From Cyanobacteria bacterium P01_F01_bin.150 (GTDB taxonomy: Bacteria; Cyanobacteriota; Cyanobacteriia; CAKZMO01), in the NCBI GenBank assembly GCA_039189765.1, contig JBCCYL010000008.1, positions 32,001-96,000 of the forward strand: a stretch of 64,000 nt of DNA, given 5' to 3'. The notes beneath the pieces were generated by a model, which worked only from the letters and a program-made list of their open reading frames with translations, searched no databases and was not told where the DNA came from. Shown here piece after piece: positions 17,156 through 25,963 of this stretch. Within the stretch, counting starts at the first letter, position 1; each line of letters starts with the position of its first letter. The position numbers and the translations under genes are program-made.

Positions 17156-17541
17156 AAGTTAATAGTATTGTGTCACGGGGACAGACGAACAACGTCCTCA
17201 AAAATACTCAATATTGAAAGGGATGATTGAGATATTTGAGTTAGAAATCTTAGGATTTAAGTATTTACACATTGGTCATCTGCCAATCTTATATATATGG
17301 ATGCGCCGCTTGAGGTTTAATCCTTAAGACATTCTATTGCAATAATTATGGGTTCTCACTAAAGTAGCGAACAACGCCTCATGATTGATAACAGAGAATG
17401 CTTGCCATCAACCCACACCCAAAACTGGACTCTTCCTTGAGACAGAATATTAGAACACAAACTGTATCAGCATCGCGTTCCTTGATTTCTCACTCCCGTG
17501 AAGTTGCAATACGACACCACAACATGCAAGCCCAAAAAGTA

Positions 17542-17622
17542 GGCTTGTTTTTTAAGGCAGAATGCTGGGGCGCGGAGTTCCCCAGCATCCCGTTAAATTC
17601 TTCTCAGCTTAAATTTTAAGCC
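17542..17622 (+). mobile_element. ~80-bp TIR/hairpin repeat, subtype 2
   Basis: GGCTTGTTTTTTAAGGC, stem ATGCTGGGG/CCCCAGCAT, ending GCTTAAATTTTAAGCC. Confidence 0.75.
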
Positions 17623-17679
17623 TTTTTAACTTATGAAAATAAAGATTGCTAATCCTATAGAGTTTTTTTGAGATTAGCA

Positions 17680-18291
17680 TCAAACAACGACTTCAAAATT
17701 AGCTCTTTTATTGAGCGATCGCCGCTCTGCTTCATCTCGCATTGCTGTAATATTTGCTTTCAAGCTATCCATCAATAGACCCTGCACAATCTTCTCAAAG
17801 AACACCGATCCTGCATCCACTTCTGTGCTGTAAATCAGCAACGTTTGTTCCATTCCAGGATGGTCATCCATTTCCACCGCATATAGCTGCCAATGGCCTT
17901 GAAAAGTCTTCATATCACCTTCTACAAGCCGAAAATTAATGCGCTTTTTAGGAATCTCTATATTTTCAGTGCATACTCGCGTCCGTACAGGCGCAAATAG
18001 AATGGTTCGCGAATCGATTTGTTCGACAATATGACAATTTCCCGTCGATTTTAAGACTCGACTAGAGATTACTGTGGGTAAAAAGTGATTAAAGTGCTTG
18101 TAGTCCGTTAGGATATCCCAAACGGTTTCAGTACTTGCCGATACTAAGATTCGGGTTACAAATCGACACCCTGTTGGTGTCACTACAGCTTGCCTGTATC
18201 GCAATGATTTCTGAACAGTTTTAGGTAGGGGACTAATCAGAACATCAAATGAATTGATGGCAGAAGAATAATCAACAGATGGAAACGCCAT
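17680..18291 (-). CDS. SRPBCC / polyketide cyclase-dehydrase family protein
   Basis: VWDILTDY..F.P, FRLVEGDMKTFQGHW motifs. Confidence 0.82.
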   Translation of the reverse strand: MAFPSVDYSSAINSFDVLISPLPKTVQKSLRYRQAVVTPTGCRFVTRILVSASTETVWDILTDYKHFNHFLPTVISSRVLKSTGNCHIVEQIDSRTILFAPVRTRVCTENIEIPKKRINFRLVEGDMKTFQGHWQLYAVEMDDHPGMEQTLLIYSTEVDAGSVFFEKIVQGLLMDSLKANITAMRDEAERRSLNKRANFEVVV

Positions 18292-18399
18292 AGACCGTTA
18301 TATGATGGCTGCGTAGTTGTCTTTTCCACGCCTAAGAGGCTCAGATATTTTAGCAGTTGTTTTTGCCTTCTAACGTTCTCTAATTCTAAAGATATTCCG

Positions 18400-19605
18400 A
18401 TGATTTCAATTCAACGTGCCGCCTCTTCCAATACATTTCGTAATACTATCCAAGATATTCTTAACCAGGCAGACATTGAAATTAACGGCGATCGCCCGTG
18501 GGATATTCAAGTACATGACGAGCATTTTTTTAGACGTCTGCTTGCAGAGGGATCTATGGCGGCTGGGGAAGCTTATATGGACGGATGGTGGGATTGTCAA
18601 CAGCTCGATGAATTCTTTGCTAAACTACTGCGCTGTAAGTTAGAAGATGCCTTTAAACATTGGACAATTGTACAAATTATTCAAGCAAAGCTGCTTAATT
18701 TTCAGTCTATTTATCGAGCATTTACGGTGGGAAAACGGCACTATGATTTAGGAAACGATCTGTATACCGCAATGCTGGACGATCATCTTATTTATAGCTG
18801 CGGCTATTGGCAGAATGTCGATACCTTAGAAGCAGCTCAGTTAGCTAAGCTGGATCTAATTGCCCGTAAGCTGGATTTACAGCCTGGCATGAGAGTCATG
18901 GACATCGGCTGTGGTTGGGGCAGCACCGCTAAGTATTTAGCCCAAACCTATGGAGTCAGCGTTATTGGCATTACCGTGTCGGAAGAACAGGCCGTTTATG
19001 CCAGAAAACTTTGTGAGGGGTTGCCCGTTGAAATTCGTCTTCAGGATTATCGAGAAATGGGTCGAGATATGAAACAAGGACGAGAGAATAAATGCGATCG
19101 CATTCTTTCCGTGGGTATGTTCGAGCATGTAGGCTACAAAAACTATCGCACTTTTTTTGAATGCGTTACCTCCTGTCTCAAGCAAGATGGCCGCTTCTTA
19201 CTCCACACTATCGGCACCAATATTTTGACAGTACGCACCGATCCTTGGATCGAACGATATATTTTTCCTAACTCCATGGTCCCCTGTGAACAATATGTAG
19301 CATCAGCCTTTAATGGATTGATGGTGCTGGAAGATTGGCATAATTTTGGACCAGACTATGACAAAACACTAATGGCATGGCACCACAATTTTCATCAGGC
19401 ATGGTCTAGCCTAAAAGAGCAATATGGCGATCGCTTTTCATCCAGTAAGCAGGATCGTCTACATGATAGTTCTGTACGTTTTTACAGAATGTGGACCTAC
19501 TATCTGCTGAGCTGTGCCGGGTCATTTCGCGCCCGCAAAAATCACGTTTGGCAACTGTTATTGACACCCCATGGTATTCCAGGAGGATATACCGTTGCTC
19601 GCTAA
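18400..19605 (+). CDS. cfa: Cyclopropane-fatty-acyl-phospholipid synthase
   Basis: HYDLGNDLY, YSCGYW, DIGCGWG, SVGMFEHVG, DPWIERYIFP. Confidence 0.95.
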   Translation: MISIQRAASSNTFRNTIQDILNQADIEINGDRPWDIQVHDEHFFRRLLAEGSMAAGEAYMDGWWDCQQLDEFFAKLLRCKLEDAFKHWTIVQIIQAKLLNFQSIYRAFTVGKRHYDLGNDLYTAMLDDHLIYSCGYWQNVDTLEAAQLAKLDLIARKLDLQPGMRVMDIGCGWGSTAKYLAQTYGVSVIGITVSEEQAVYARKLCEGLPVEIRLQDYREMGRDMKQGRENKCDRILSVGMFEHVGYKNYRTFFECVTSCLKQDGRFLLHTIGTNILTVRTDPWIERYIFPNSMVPCEQYVASAFNGLMVLEDWHNFGPDYDKTLMAWHHNFHQAWSSLKEQYGDRFSSSKQDRLHDSSVRFYRMWTYYLLSCAGSFRARKNHVWQLLLTPHGIPGGYTVAR

Positions 19606-19613
19606 ATCAATGA

Positions 19614-19640
19614 GGGGAAAATCTCTGCGAGATTTTCCCC
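19614..19640. terminator. Perfect hairpin between convergent cfa and mcdB-like genes
   Basis: GGGGAAAATCTC-tgc-GAGATTTTCCCC (12-bp stem); U-tracts weak. Confidence 0.55.
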
Positions 19641-19661
19641 CAAAATAAAGCTGACGCGTTA

Positions 19662-21362
19662 CTAGTCGTACCATCCCATTTCTGAACTAGATCCGTTTTG
19701 GCCATCTTTAGAGCCTGGTTTCATCGAAGCCCTCCGCACTTTTTTATATTTAGGCGTCAAGAAACGACCTTCTTTCTTAGCCATAGGAGTAGTAGAATTT
19801 GTGCGAGCCAACTGAGAGGTGGAGTTCGTCTCTGCATCAGAGAGCTGTTGAATTTGGGTTTTAGCTTTCGCCAATTCAGCTTTTACCTTCTCCGTCTGTT
19901 TCACCTCTTTCTTCAGAGTTTGAACTGAAGCCTTTTCTTTCTTCAAATCGGCTTGGAGAGCAGCAATCTTTTTTTGTAAGACTTGCTCTTTACCAGTATT
20001 TGTATCTGCCAACTTGAGGATAGTTTTCTTTGCGTCCGTCAACTCAGCGGTGAGTTTATCAACCTTTTTCACCTCTTTCTTTAATTTCTGCACCTCAGCT
20101 TTTTCTTGCTTTAAGCGAGTTTCTAAATCAGTCACTTTTTTCTGACCAGCTTGAGCAGAACCGTTGGAACCCTGTTTGAGTTGCGACTGCAAACGGGTAA
20201 TTTGTTTTTGTAAGGCTCCTTCTGCCTTACGCGCAAGCTGTAATTCCGCTTTCGCATCTTCCAACATGACTTCTATTTGAGCCTTAGTCGGTGGCCGTTT
20301 ACGTTGTGCCGCTGGTTTACTAGCAGTTGTTGCGGCTTTAGTAGAAGTTTTAGCAGGTGATGTAGATTTAGACGTACTCGACTTAGATGTACTCTTGGGT
20401 GCAGATGATGTGGGTTTTGAGGTTACTTTACTGTTGCCATTGCTGGCTGCTTTCGACGTCTTAGTAGCTGATTGGTTTCCCGGTGTCTTAGCAGAGGTGG
20501 AGCTTTTAGCCGTTGTAGACTTAATAGTTGATTTACTACCAGGTTTTGATGCCGTAGTATTTGCTGGTGAAGATTTTTGATTAGCAGGCTTAGCCACAGT
20601 TTTCGACGCTGTGGCTTTAGTTGAAGCCGATGTGGGCGCAGCCTTCGATTTTGTCGCTGCTTTAGACGGTGTTGTTTTAGATGCTGACGTTTTAGATGCT
20701 GATGCTTTTGGCGTTGTTTTAGTGGATGCAGTCTTAGCTTTAGATGCTGATGCTTTTGTTGCTGTTGGAGTGGATGTAGCCTTAGACTTAGACACTGATG
20801 CAGTCTTAGCTTTAGACGCTGATGCTTTTGTTGCTGCTTGAGTGGATGTAGCCTTAGACTTAGACACTGATGCAGTCTTGGCTTTAGACGCTGGTGCTTT
20901 TGTTGCTGTTTGAGTGGATGCAGCCTTAGCTTTAGATGTTGCGGCTTTAGCTACAGACTGAGATGTAGTGGACGCCGCTTTAGATGCTGATGCCTTTGCC
21001 GCGCTAGATTTGGGGGTCGATTTAGGCGTTGCTTTAGGGGTTTTAGCTTTACTTGTTGTCGATTTAGCGGTCGTTTTAGCCTCGGTTTTCGACGCTGGCT
21101 TAACTGTCGATTTCGCAGTCAAGGATTTTGATGGTGACGATTTCTTCGTGGCAGTAGACGTCGTTTTAGCCTTACTATCAGTCGATGCTGTAGATGCTTT
21201 TGATGTAGATTTACGGGTTGTTGTTTTACTGCCTGTCGATTTACGAGCGGCTGTTTTATTAGCTGTAGATTTACTTGTCATCTTATTACCTGTAGACGCT
21301 ACGTCAGTAGCAGCCTTACCAGCTTCTTCTTTTAATAGATCTGCAATTCGTTTTTTAGCCAT
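19662..21362 (-). CDS. mcdB: McdB-like carboxysome positioning protein with a histone-H1-like K/A/S/T-rich region and duplicated coiled coil
   Basis: ATG overlaps the ParA stop (TAATG, with GGAGG upstream); basic N-terminus MAKKRIADLLKEE; coiled coil; Trp three residues from the end (MGWYD). These match traits described for cyanobacterial McdB. Confidence 0.62.
   Translation of the reverse strand: MAKKRIADLLKEEAGKAATDVASTGNKMTSKSTANKTAARKSTGSKTTTRKSTSKASTASTDSKAKTTSTATKKSSPSKSLTAKSTVKPASKTEAKTTAKSTTSKAKTPKATPKSTPKSSAAKASASKAASTTSQSVAKAATSKAKAASTQTATKAPASKAKTASVSKSKATSTQAATKASASKAKTASVSKSKATSTPTATKASASKAKTASTKTTPKASASKTSASKTTPSKAATKSKAAPTSASTKATASKTVAKPANQKSSPANTTASKPGSKSTIKSTTAKSSTSAKTPGNQSATKTSKAASNGNSKVTSKPTSSAPKSTSKSSTSKSTSPAKTSTKAATTASKPAAQRKRPPTKAQIEVMLEDAKAELQLARKAEGALQKQITRLQSQLKQGSNGSAQAGQKKVTDLETRLKQEKAEVQKLKKEVKKVDKLTAELTDAKKTILKLADTNTGKEQVLQKKIAALQADLKKEKASVQTLKKEVKQTEKVKAELAKAKTQIQQLSDAETNSTSQLARTNSTTPMAKKEGRFLTPKYKKVRRASMKPGSKDGQNGSSSEMGWYD
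20725..20935. repeat. 72-bp (24-aa) tandem repeat, ~3 copies
   Basis: GATGCAGTCTT(A/G)GCTTTAGA recurs at 20725, 20797 and 20869; encodes ASVSKSKATSTQAATKASASKAKT-like units. Confidence 0.88.
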
Positions 21363-22003
21363 TAGTTCCTCCAATCCTGCTGTATTTCATCTGCTATTGA
21401 TCGATAATCCGACTGCGCGGCTCTTCCATGTCGTCCTTTCCACTGTGTAATGGCCACTCCTTGGAGTGCTGCCTGTTCATGAGCTTTATAGGCGCGAATA
21501 AAGGTGCTGCAAACTGGAATAGCCAATGATTCAAGAGTGTCTTGGGCTTCCACTGCAATATTTGAACTACGAGGATCAACCCGAGTCAGCAATACTCGAT
21601 AGGATACTTTTGTCGGCTTTACCGTTTTTTTTACTGTTTCTATCAACGCTGCTAAATCCATCGGGGCTGGAGGGGTTGGCAAAATAAGATAGTCAGATAA
21701 AGGTACCAGATCTTTCAAGGTTTTAGAATCAAGATGGGGAGGAGTATCAATCACTATTACCCCATATTTCCCATTTTTTTTCAGTTGCTTTAGCTTTCTC
21801 GGATTTGTTTCTTGGCTCAGATCAAACCCCATGCCAGCTTCGTTTCTTCCAGCCCACCAAGTAGCAGACCCCTGGGGGTCTGCATCCACTAAGAGAACAG
21901 GACAGGTTTCCGATAATACGGCAGCCAGGTTGACCGCTGTCGTTGTTTTACCAACGCCGCCTTTTCCATTTAATATCCCCAAAATTTTCATTGTGTGGGA
22001 CAT
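21362..22003 (-). CDS. mcdA: ParA/MinD-family ATPase, probable McdA
   Basis: Deviant Walker A KGGVGKTT, DADPQGSATWW, IDTPP; no parB neighbour; coupled to an McdB-like gene. Confidence 0.72.
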   Translation of the reverse strand: MSHTMKILGILNGKGGVGKTTTAVNLAAVLSETCPVLLVDADPQGSATWWAGRNEAGMGFDLSQETNPRKLKQLKKNGKYGVIVIDTPPHLDSKTLKDLVPLSDYLILPTPPAPMDLAALIETVKKTVKPTKVSYRVLLTRVDPRSSNIAVEAQDTLESLAIPVCSTFIRAYKAHEQAALQGVAITQWKGRHGRAAQSDYRSIADEIQQDWRN

Positions 22004-22308
22004 AAGCGTAAAAAATATCTCCTCAAGAAAGATGGAATCGTCAGCATGTTTATAATGTTGCGTCTAAATATGCTGATGTTTGATGCAATGAATTATCTTG
22101 ACGCTTTAAAGATAACGCTAACATTCAAATATAAGCTAAATGTGTACTGTTGAGGGCTGTTTCACTGATTGTTACGTTACTTCACCATTTTATAGTGTAT
22201 TTACCAAATTAAAAATTGAGTTGAGAAGAATTTCATTGAACACTGGGATATTTCGAGCCTCAGAATCTTGCATTAAAAGATAATCATTTTTATCTAAGAT
22301 CAATATCT

Positions 22309-22388
22309 AGGTATCAACTTTAAGCGGAGAGTGTGGGTGCGTCGCGTCCACACTCTCCTTACTTTTGTTTCGTCTTAAAACGAAACCC
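22309..22388 (+). mobile_element. 80-bp TIR/hairpin repeat, subtype 1
   Basis: AGGTATCAACTTTAAGC, stem GGAGAGTGTGG/CCACACTCTCC, ending TTTCGTCTTAAAACGAAACCC; flanks cAATATCT / aAATACCT. Confidence 0.8.
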
Positions 22389-22467
22389 AAATACCTGATG
22401 ATTCATGACTCTAATGGTAGACAAGAACATCTTCAAGAAATAGCTTTTCTGATTCCTGATGATTTTA

Positions 22468-22545
22468 AGATTAAAATTTACAGTTGTGAACCATCTAACA
22501 AGTATTGGGTTGCACACCCCAGTATCTAGCCTTAAAATACAAGCC
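22468..22545 (-). mobile_element. ~78-bp repeat, subtype 2
   Basis: Stem TATTGGG/CCCAGTA next to GCCTTAAAATACAAGCC; same end as the 16921-17001 copy. Confidence 0.7.
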
Positions 22546-22567
22546 AAATTAATCAGGTGAACTTACT

Positions 22568-22645
22568 GGGTGTCAACTTAAGGAGGGAAATAGGGGCGTG
22601 ACGCCCCTATTTTCTATAGACTTGTTTCTCTTGACGTTGAAACCC
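22568..22645 (+). mobile_element. 78-bp TIR/hairpin repeat, subtype 1
   Basis: GGGTGTCAACTTAAGG, stem AAATAGGGGCG/CGCCCCTATTT, ending CTTGACGTTGAAACCC. Confidence 0.8.
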
Positions 22646-22680
22646 GAGTGTAACTTAACTTAGGCGAATGGGATAAAAGC

Positions 22681-23031
22681 ATGGAAAGGTGGAAATGTAT
22701 AGAAAAATGTGGTGCCTGTTGCCATCTTGACCCAGCAGATAGACCTGATCTGGATGAGTATTTATCTCCTGAAGATTTGTCGTTATATCTCAGCATGGTT
22801 GGTGAAGATGGTTGGTGTATTTATTTCGACCATAATCGTCGATGCTGCACTATTTATGATAAGCGCCCTAGCTTTTGTCGAGTTCATGTCGACACGTTTG
22901 TGGCGATGTACGATATCGAGCCAGAAGAAATGAATGATTTTGCGATCGCATGCTGCCATCAACAAATTGCAGGGGTATATGGCGATCGCAGTCTTGAAGC
23001 TCTTCGCTTTGAGCGGGAAGTGGGGGGATGA
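22681..23031 (+). CDS. YkgJ-family cysteine cluster protein
   Basis: CxxxCGACC, C, CxIY..RP..CR, CC cysteine pattern. Confidence 0.88.
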   Translation: MERWKCIEKCGACCHLDPADRPDLDEYLSPEDLSLYLSMVGEDGWCIYFDHNRRCCTIYDKRPSFCRVHVDTFVAMYDIEPEEMNDFAIACCHQQIAGVYGDRSLEALRFEREVGG

Positions 23032-23103
23032 ATAGAGTAGCTAAGCAATGATATGTTCATTGGACCCAAAACGGCCTAACCAAAGTGACCATGGCTCCAT
23101 AAA

Positions 23104-23136
23104 AGAAACCAGAGTTTTTGGAGAACCCTGGTTTCT
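23104..23136. repeat. Short palindromic REP-like repeat
   Basis: AGAAACCAG..CTGGTTTCT inverted repeat between convergent genes. Confidence 0.55.
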
Positions 23137-23169
23137 TCGATATTAATTCAGAGACTATCGTTTCTCGCA

Positions 23170-23249
23170 GGGTATCAACTTAAGGTGGAAAATTGGGGCG
23201 CGTTGCGCCCCAATTTTCCACAAACTTGTTCCGCCTTACGTTGGAACCC
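23170..23249 (+). mobile_element. 80-bp TIR/hairpin repeat, subtype 1 (well preserved)
   Basis: TIRs GGGTATCAACTTAAGGTGGAA / TTCCGCCTTACGTTGGAACCC; 17-bp inner stem; TCTCGCA on both flanks. Confidence 0.88.
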
Positions 23250-23263
23250 ATCTCGCAAACCCC

Positions 23264-24727
23264 TTAGCTTGCGAACCACATGCTGGCCGTACGGCCAGGA
23301 ATCGAAAAGGTGTGAGATGCTTGGTCGATTTCAATCGGCTCGTCATCAGCTAAAGCATTTTGATAAGGGTGATTCCATTTCAGCTTAAAACGAGTATCAA
23401 TAGTAATGTTACGTTGATCGCCACACTTGTTAATCGCCACAATCCCATCTTCACCTCTACGCCACAACAAGGTACATTCATCGGCATGGAGCATTTCCAT
23501 ACTTTGCCCCTGCATTCGATTGTGGAAGTTGATCATACGGGTCATAGCATCACTCTTCCACACGTTCTGCCAGCGTCCATCATCCGTGTATCCAAAGGGT
23601 GGATCCGCCGTAGTACCATCGTCAAAGACGAGAGGGGAACCACCATCCCGTCCCATAATGTAGGCGTAGGCCAACGCTTCATCCGTAGGGTCCATAATCA
23701 AATAGCGAAAGCCTTCGTTGTAGGGAATATCGTGGGTGGTAACGACGGTGACCGCCCGACTATTCTCTAGGGCGTTGCCATCGGCATAGGGCTGGGCTAA
23801 ATCAGCAAGGGAATTGCCAAAACCAAAGGCCTGTTTAATCGTGTTTAACAATGGAAAATCGTAGGCACCAAAGGCAGCAGGGAGTTCTCTCAAGTAGGGT
23901 TCTAGAAACGTTTCGTACTCGCTATCACCGACGCCACCTGTGGTGATAATTTCAGCAAAAATATGAGCGTTGTCAGAGATCTCATCGGGGACAAAATACT
24001 CAATTGCACCGTTGGGCATGTGCTTAGCCGCATCTAGACGAAATCCACGCACGCCCAAATCATAGAGCGATTGGACATACTGCTTCCGCTGGTCTAAAAC
24101 CCAGTTATCACCTGGAACCGTATCACGCAAATCAGGCAAGCCGGGGTCATCTCCGCCACCACAAATGCGACCGTTGATGACCTCTTGGCGATCGCCATAG
24201 TTGCGAATGCACTGAGGAGAGTGAAAATCATTAGGGCCAAATAATCCATCATCCAGATCACCATAGAGCTGCTGGCGCTGCCAATACTCCGGGTCGCTGT
24301 CATAAGCATCTAACGTTTCTTCTCCAGGGAAAGTTGTAGCGGCATTGCGCTCATTGGCCATATGGTTGACTACCACATCTGCATAGGTGAGGACACCAAC
24401 CTTAGAAAGGACATCAATCATCGCCACAAAGCTGTCTTTATCTCCGTCACAATTTTGAATCACCCGAAAATCCTGGGGTTGATAGCGCTGATACCAACGG
24501 CAATTTTCAGTAATGGGGGACTTAAGTGGGGGTGTCACCAACACGGCTTTATACCCGGCTTCAGCGATCGCCGAGGCACGGTTGGCAACCGTTTCGTAGC
24601 TCCAGTCAAACGCATGGAGAATCACATCAGCATGGACAGGGTTTGCCATCGGTAGAAGAAACGCGATCGCCAATAGCATAACAACGATCGAGCGACAAAG
24701 AGATTGAAACCATCGAGTTACTTGCAT
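23264..24727 (-). CDS. Secreted alpha-amylase (GH13)
   Basis: Signal peptide ending ..PVHA, VILHAFDW, WYQRYQP, DVVVNH, GFRLDAAKH, AEII, TTHD catalytic regions. Confidence 0.9.
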   Translation of the reverse strand: MQVTRWFQSLCRSIVVMLLAIAFLLPMANPVHADVILHAFDWSYETVANRASAIAEAGYKAVLVTPPLKSPITENCRWYQRYQPQDFRVIQNCDGDKDSFVAMIDVLSKVGVLTYADVVVNHMANERNAATTFPGEETLDAYDSDPEYWQRQQLYGDLDDGLFGPNDFHSPQCIRNYGDRQEVINGRICGGGDDPGLPDLRDTVPGDNWVLDQRKQYVQSLYDLGVRGFRLDAAKHMPNGAIEYFVPDEISDNAHIFAEIITTGGVGDSEYETFLEPYLRELPAAFGAYDFPLLNTIKQAFGFGNSLADLAQPYADGNALENSRAVTVVTTHDIPYNEGFRYLIMDPTDEALAYAYIMGRDGGSPLVFDDGTTADPPFGYTDDGRWQNVWKSDAMTRMINFHNRMQGQSMEMLHADECTLLWRRGEDGIVAINKCGDQRNITIDTRFKLKWNHPYQNALADDEPIEIDQASHTFSIPGRTASMWFAS

Positions 24728-24898
24728 GTTGAATAAAATGGGGGAAAAACAACAGTTGATTACCTTTGCAACCATCAGGCAACTAAGTCACAACCTCAGA
24801 AAACTTCACCGACTAATCGCCCCATTTAGCAAAAATAATGACAAGATTCGCGGAAAAATTTTATGGTTTGATGACACTGCGTACCCCATGCAGAATCC

Positions 24899-25963
24899 CT
24901 AGGCGTTGCGCTTAGCCATCTGCTGTTCATCCAGCCATGCAACGCCCGCACCAATAGCTTCCGCTAAGGTACTAACCAATCGATAGAGCGCTACGGCACT
25001 TAGAATAATGCCGGTGGACAGGGTAGTGCTTTGGCCGAGGAGAGCGATCGCCGTTGCTTCAAATACCCCAATGCCCCCAGGTGCCCCTGGAATCACAAGT
25101 CCCAACATCCAAGCCAAACTAAACCCACTCAAAACAGCAGGCAGTTCGCTCCAGTTAAGAGACGTTAAAGCCATTAAAACAGCCACAAATCCCAAACTGC
25201 GGAAGCCGAGAAATATCAGTTCTCCGAATAAGGGAAGAAATGGGTAGCGTTTGAGTTGTGTGGAACCAGTTGGGATTTTAGATTTTGGAGAGTTGGAGAG
25301 TTGGGGAGTTGAGGAGTTGGGGAGTTGGGCAACTCCGATCCCCCTCCTCGGAGGGGCTAGGGGTGGGTTCTTCTGCCTTCTACCTTCTGCCTTCTGCCTT
25401 TTTACCCCCTTCAGATTTTGCAGACGCAAAACGGACTGAAGCTTACCTACTTTTAATCGTTTAAGAAGCCGATTAAGAAGGCGGGGATGAACGCTCAATA
25501 GCCCAACAATTAAGCAGAGGAGCTGTAGCGCAATATTGAGTTGCTGACTGGACAATAGACCAACCAATAACGCTGAAGCTGCCATCAGTAAGGCTTCCAT
25601 TACTACACTGACCGTGCTGGCTTCAATAGGAATATCTATCGATTTTGCCGTCATCACCCGACCATAAAAATGCCATATATTGCCGGGTAAATATTTAGCA
25701 ATATTGGTTTTGAGATAAGTGATCACGCTCCAGCTACCCATTGCTTGAGGATGATTTAGCTCACCCAGAATCCAGCCCCATACCCAACCTGACCAAATAT
25801 GAGCCAGTAGAGTTATCCCGGTGGCAGCAACGATGCAGGCCCAGCCCGCAGCGGTGACTCGAATGGTAGAAATATCTTTCCAGTTAGCTTGTAGCGTCTG
25901 GAACAAGAAGAAAAAGACGCCGCCTAGGATAAACCACTTGAGACTTGCTTTCAGTCGCTTCAT
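24899..25963 (-). CDS. Lysylphosphatidylglycerol synthase-like (UPF0104) membrane protein
   Basis: KYLPGNIW, PGAPGGIGVFE, ALYRLVS; multiple TM helices; repeat-derived insert in a loop. Confidence 0.82.
   Translation of the reverse strand: MKRLKASLKWFILGGVFFFLFQTLQANWKDISTIRVTAAGWACIVAATGITLLAHIWSGWVWGWILGELNHPQAMGSWSVITYLKTNIAKYLPGNIWHFYGRVMTAKSIDIPIEASTVSVVMEALLMAASALLVGLLSSQQLNIALQLLCLIVGLLSVHPRLLNRLLKRLKVGKLQSVLRLQNLKGVKRQKAEGRRQKNPPLAPPRRGIGVAQLPNSSTPQLSNSPKSKIPTGSTQLKRYPFLPLFGELIFLGFRSLGFVAVLMALTSLNWSELPAVLSGFSLAWMLGLVIPGAPGGIGVFEATAIALLGQSTTLSTGIILSAVALYRLVSTLAEAIGAGVAWLDEQQMAKRNA
25273..25398. repeat. Composite repeat inside CDS: GGATTTT-like x2, GGAGAGTT-like x5, palindrome CCCCTCC-tc-GGAGGGG, TTCTGCC-like x4
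   Basis: Read directly from the sequence. Confidence 0.88.

Noticed and set aside
20395..21450. Val/Ala/Asp/Leu-rich plus-strand ORFs
   Set aside because: Antisense read-out of the low-complexity mcdB-like gene.
22309..23249. Clustered palindromic repeats as a CRISPR array
   Set aside because: Units are ~80 bp, divergent, in mixed orientation and irregularly spaced; no cas genes in the window.
22568..23249. Integron attC sites around ykgJ (..CAAC / GTTG..)
   Set aside because: Ends do not fit RYYYAAC/GTTRRRY, copies are dispersed in both orientations with flanking duplications, and no integrase is present.
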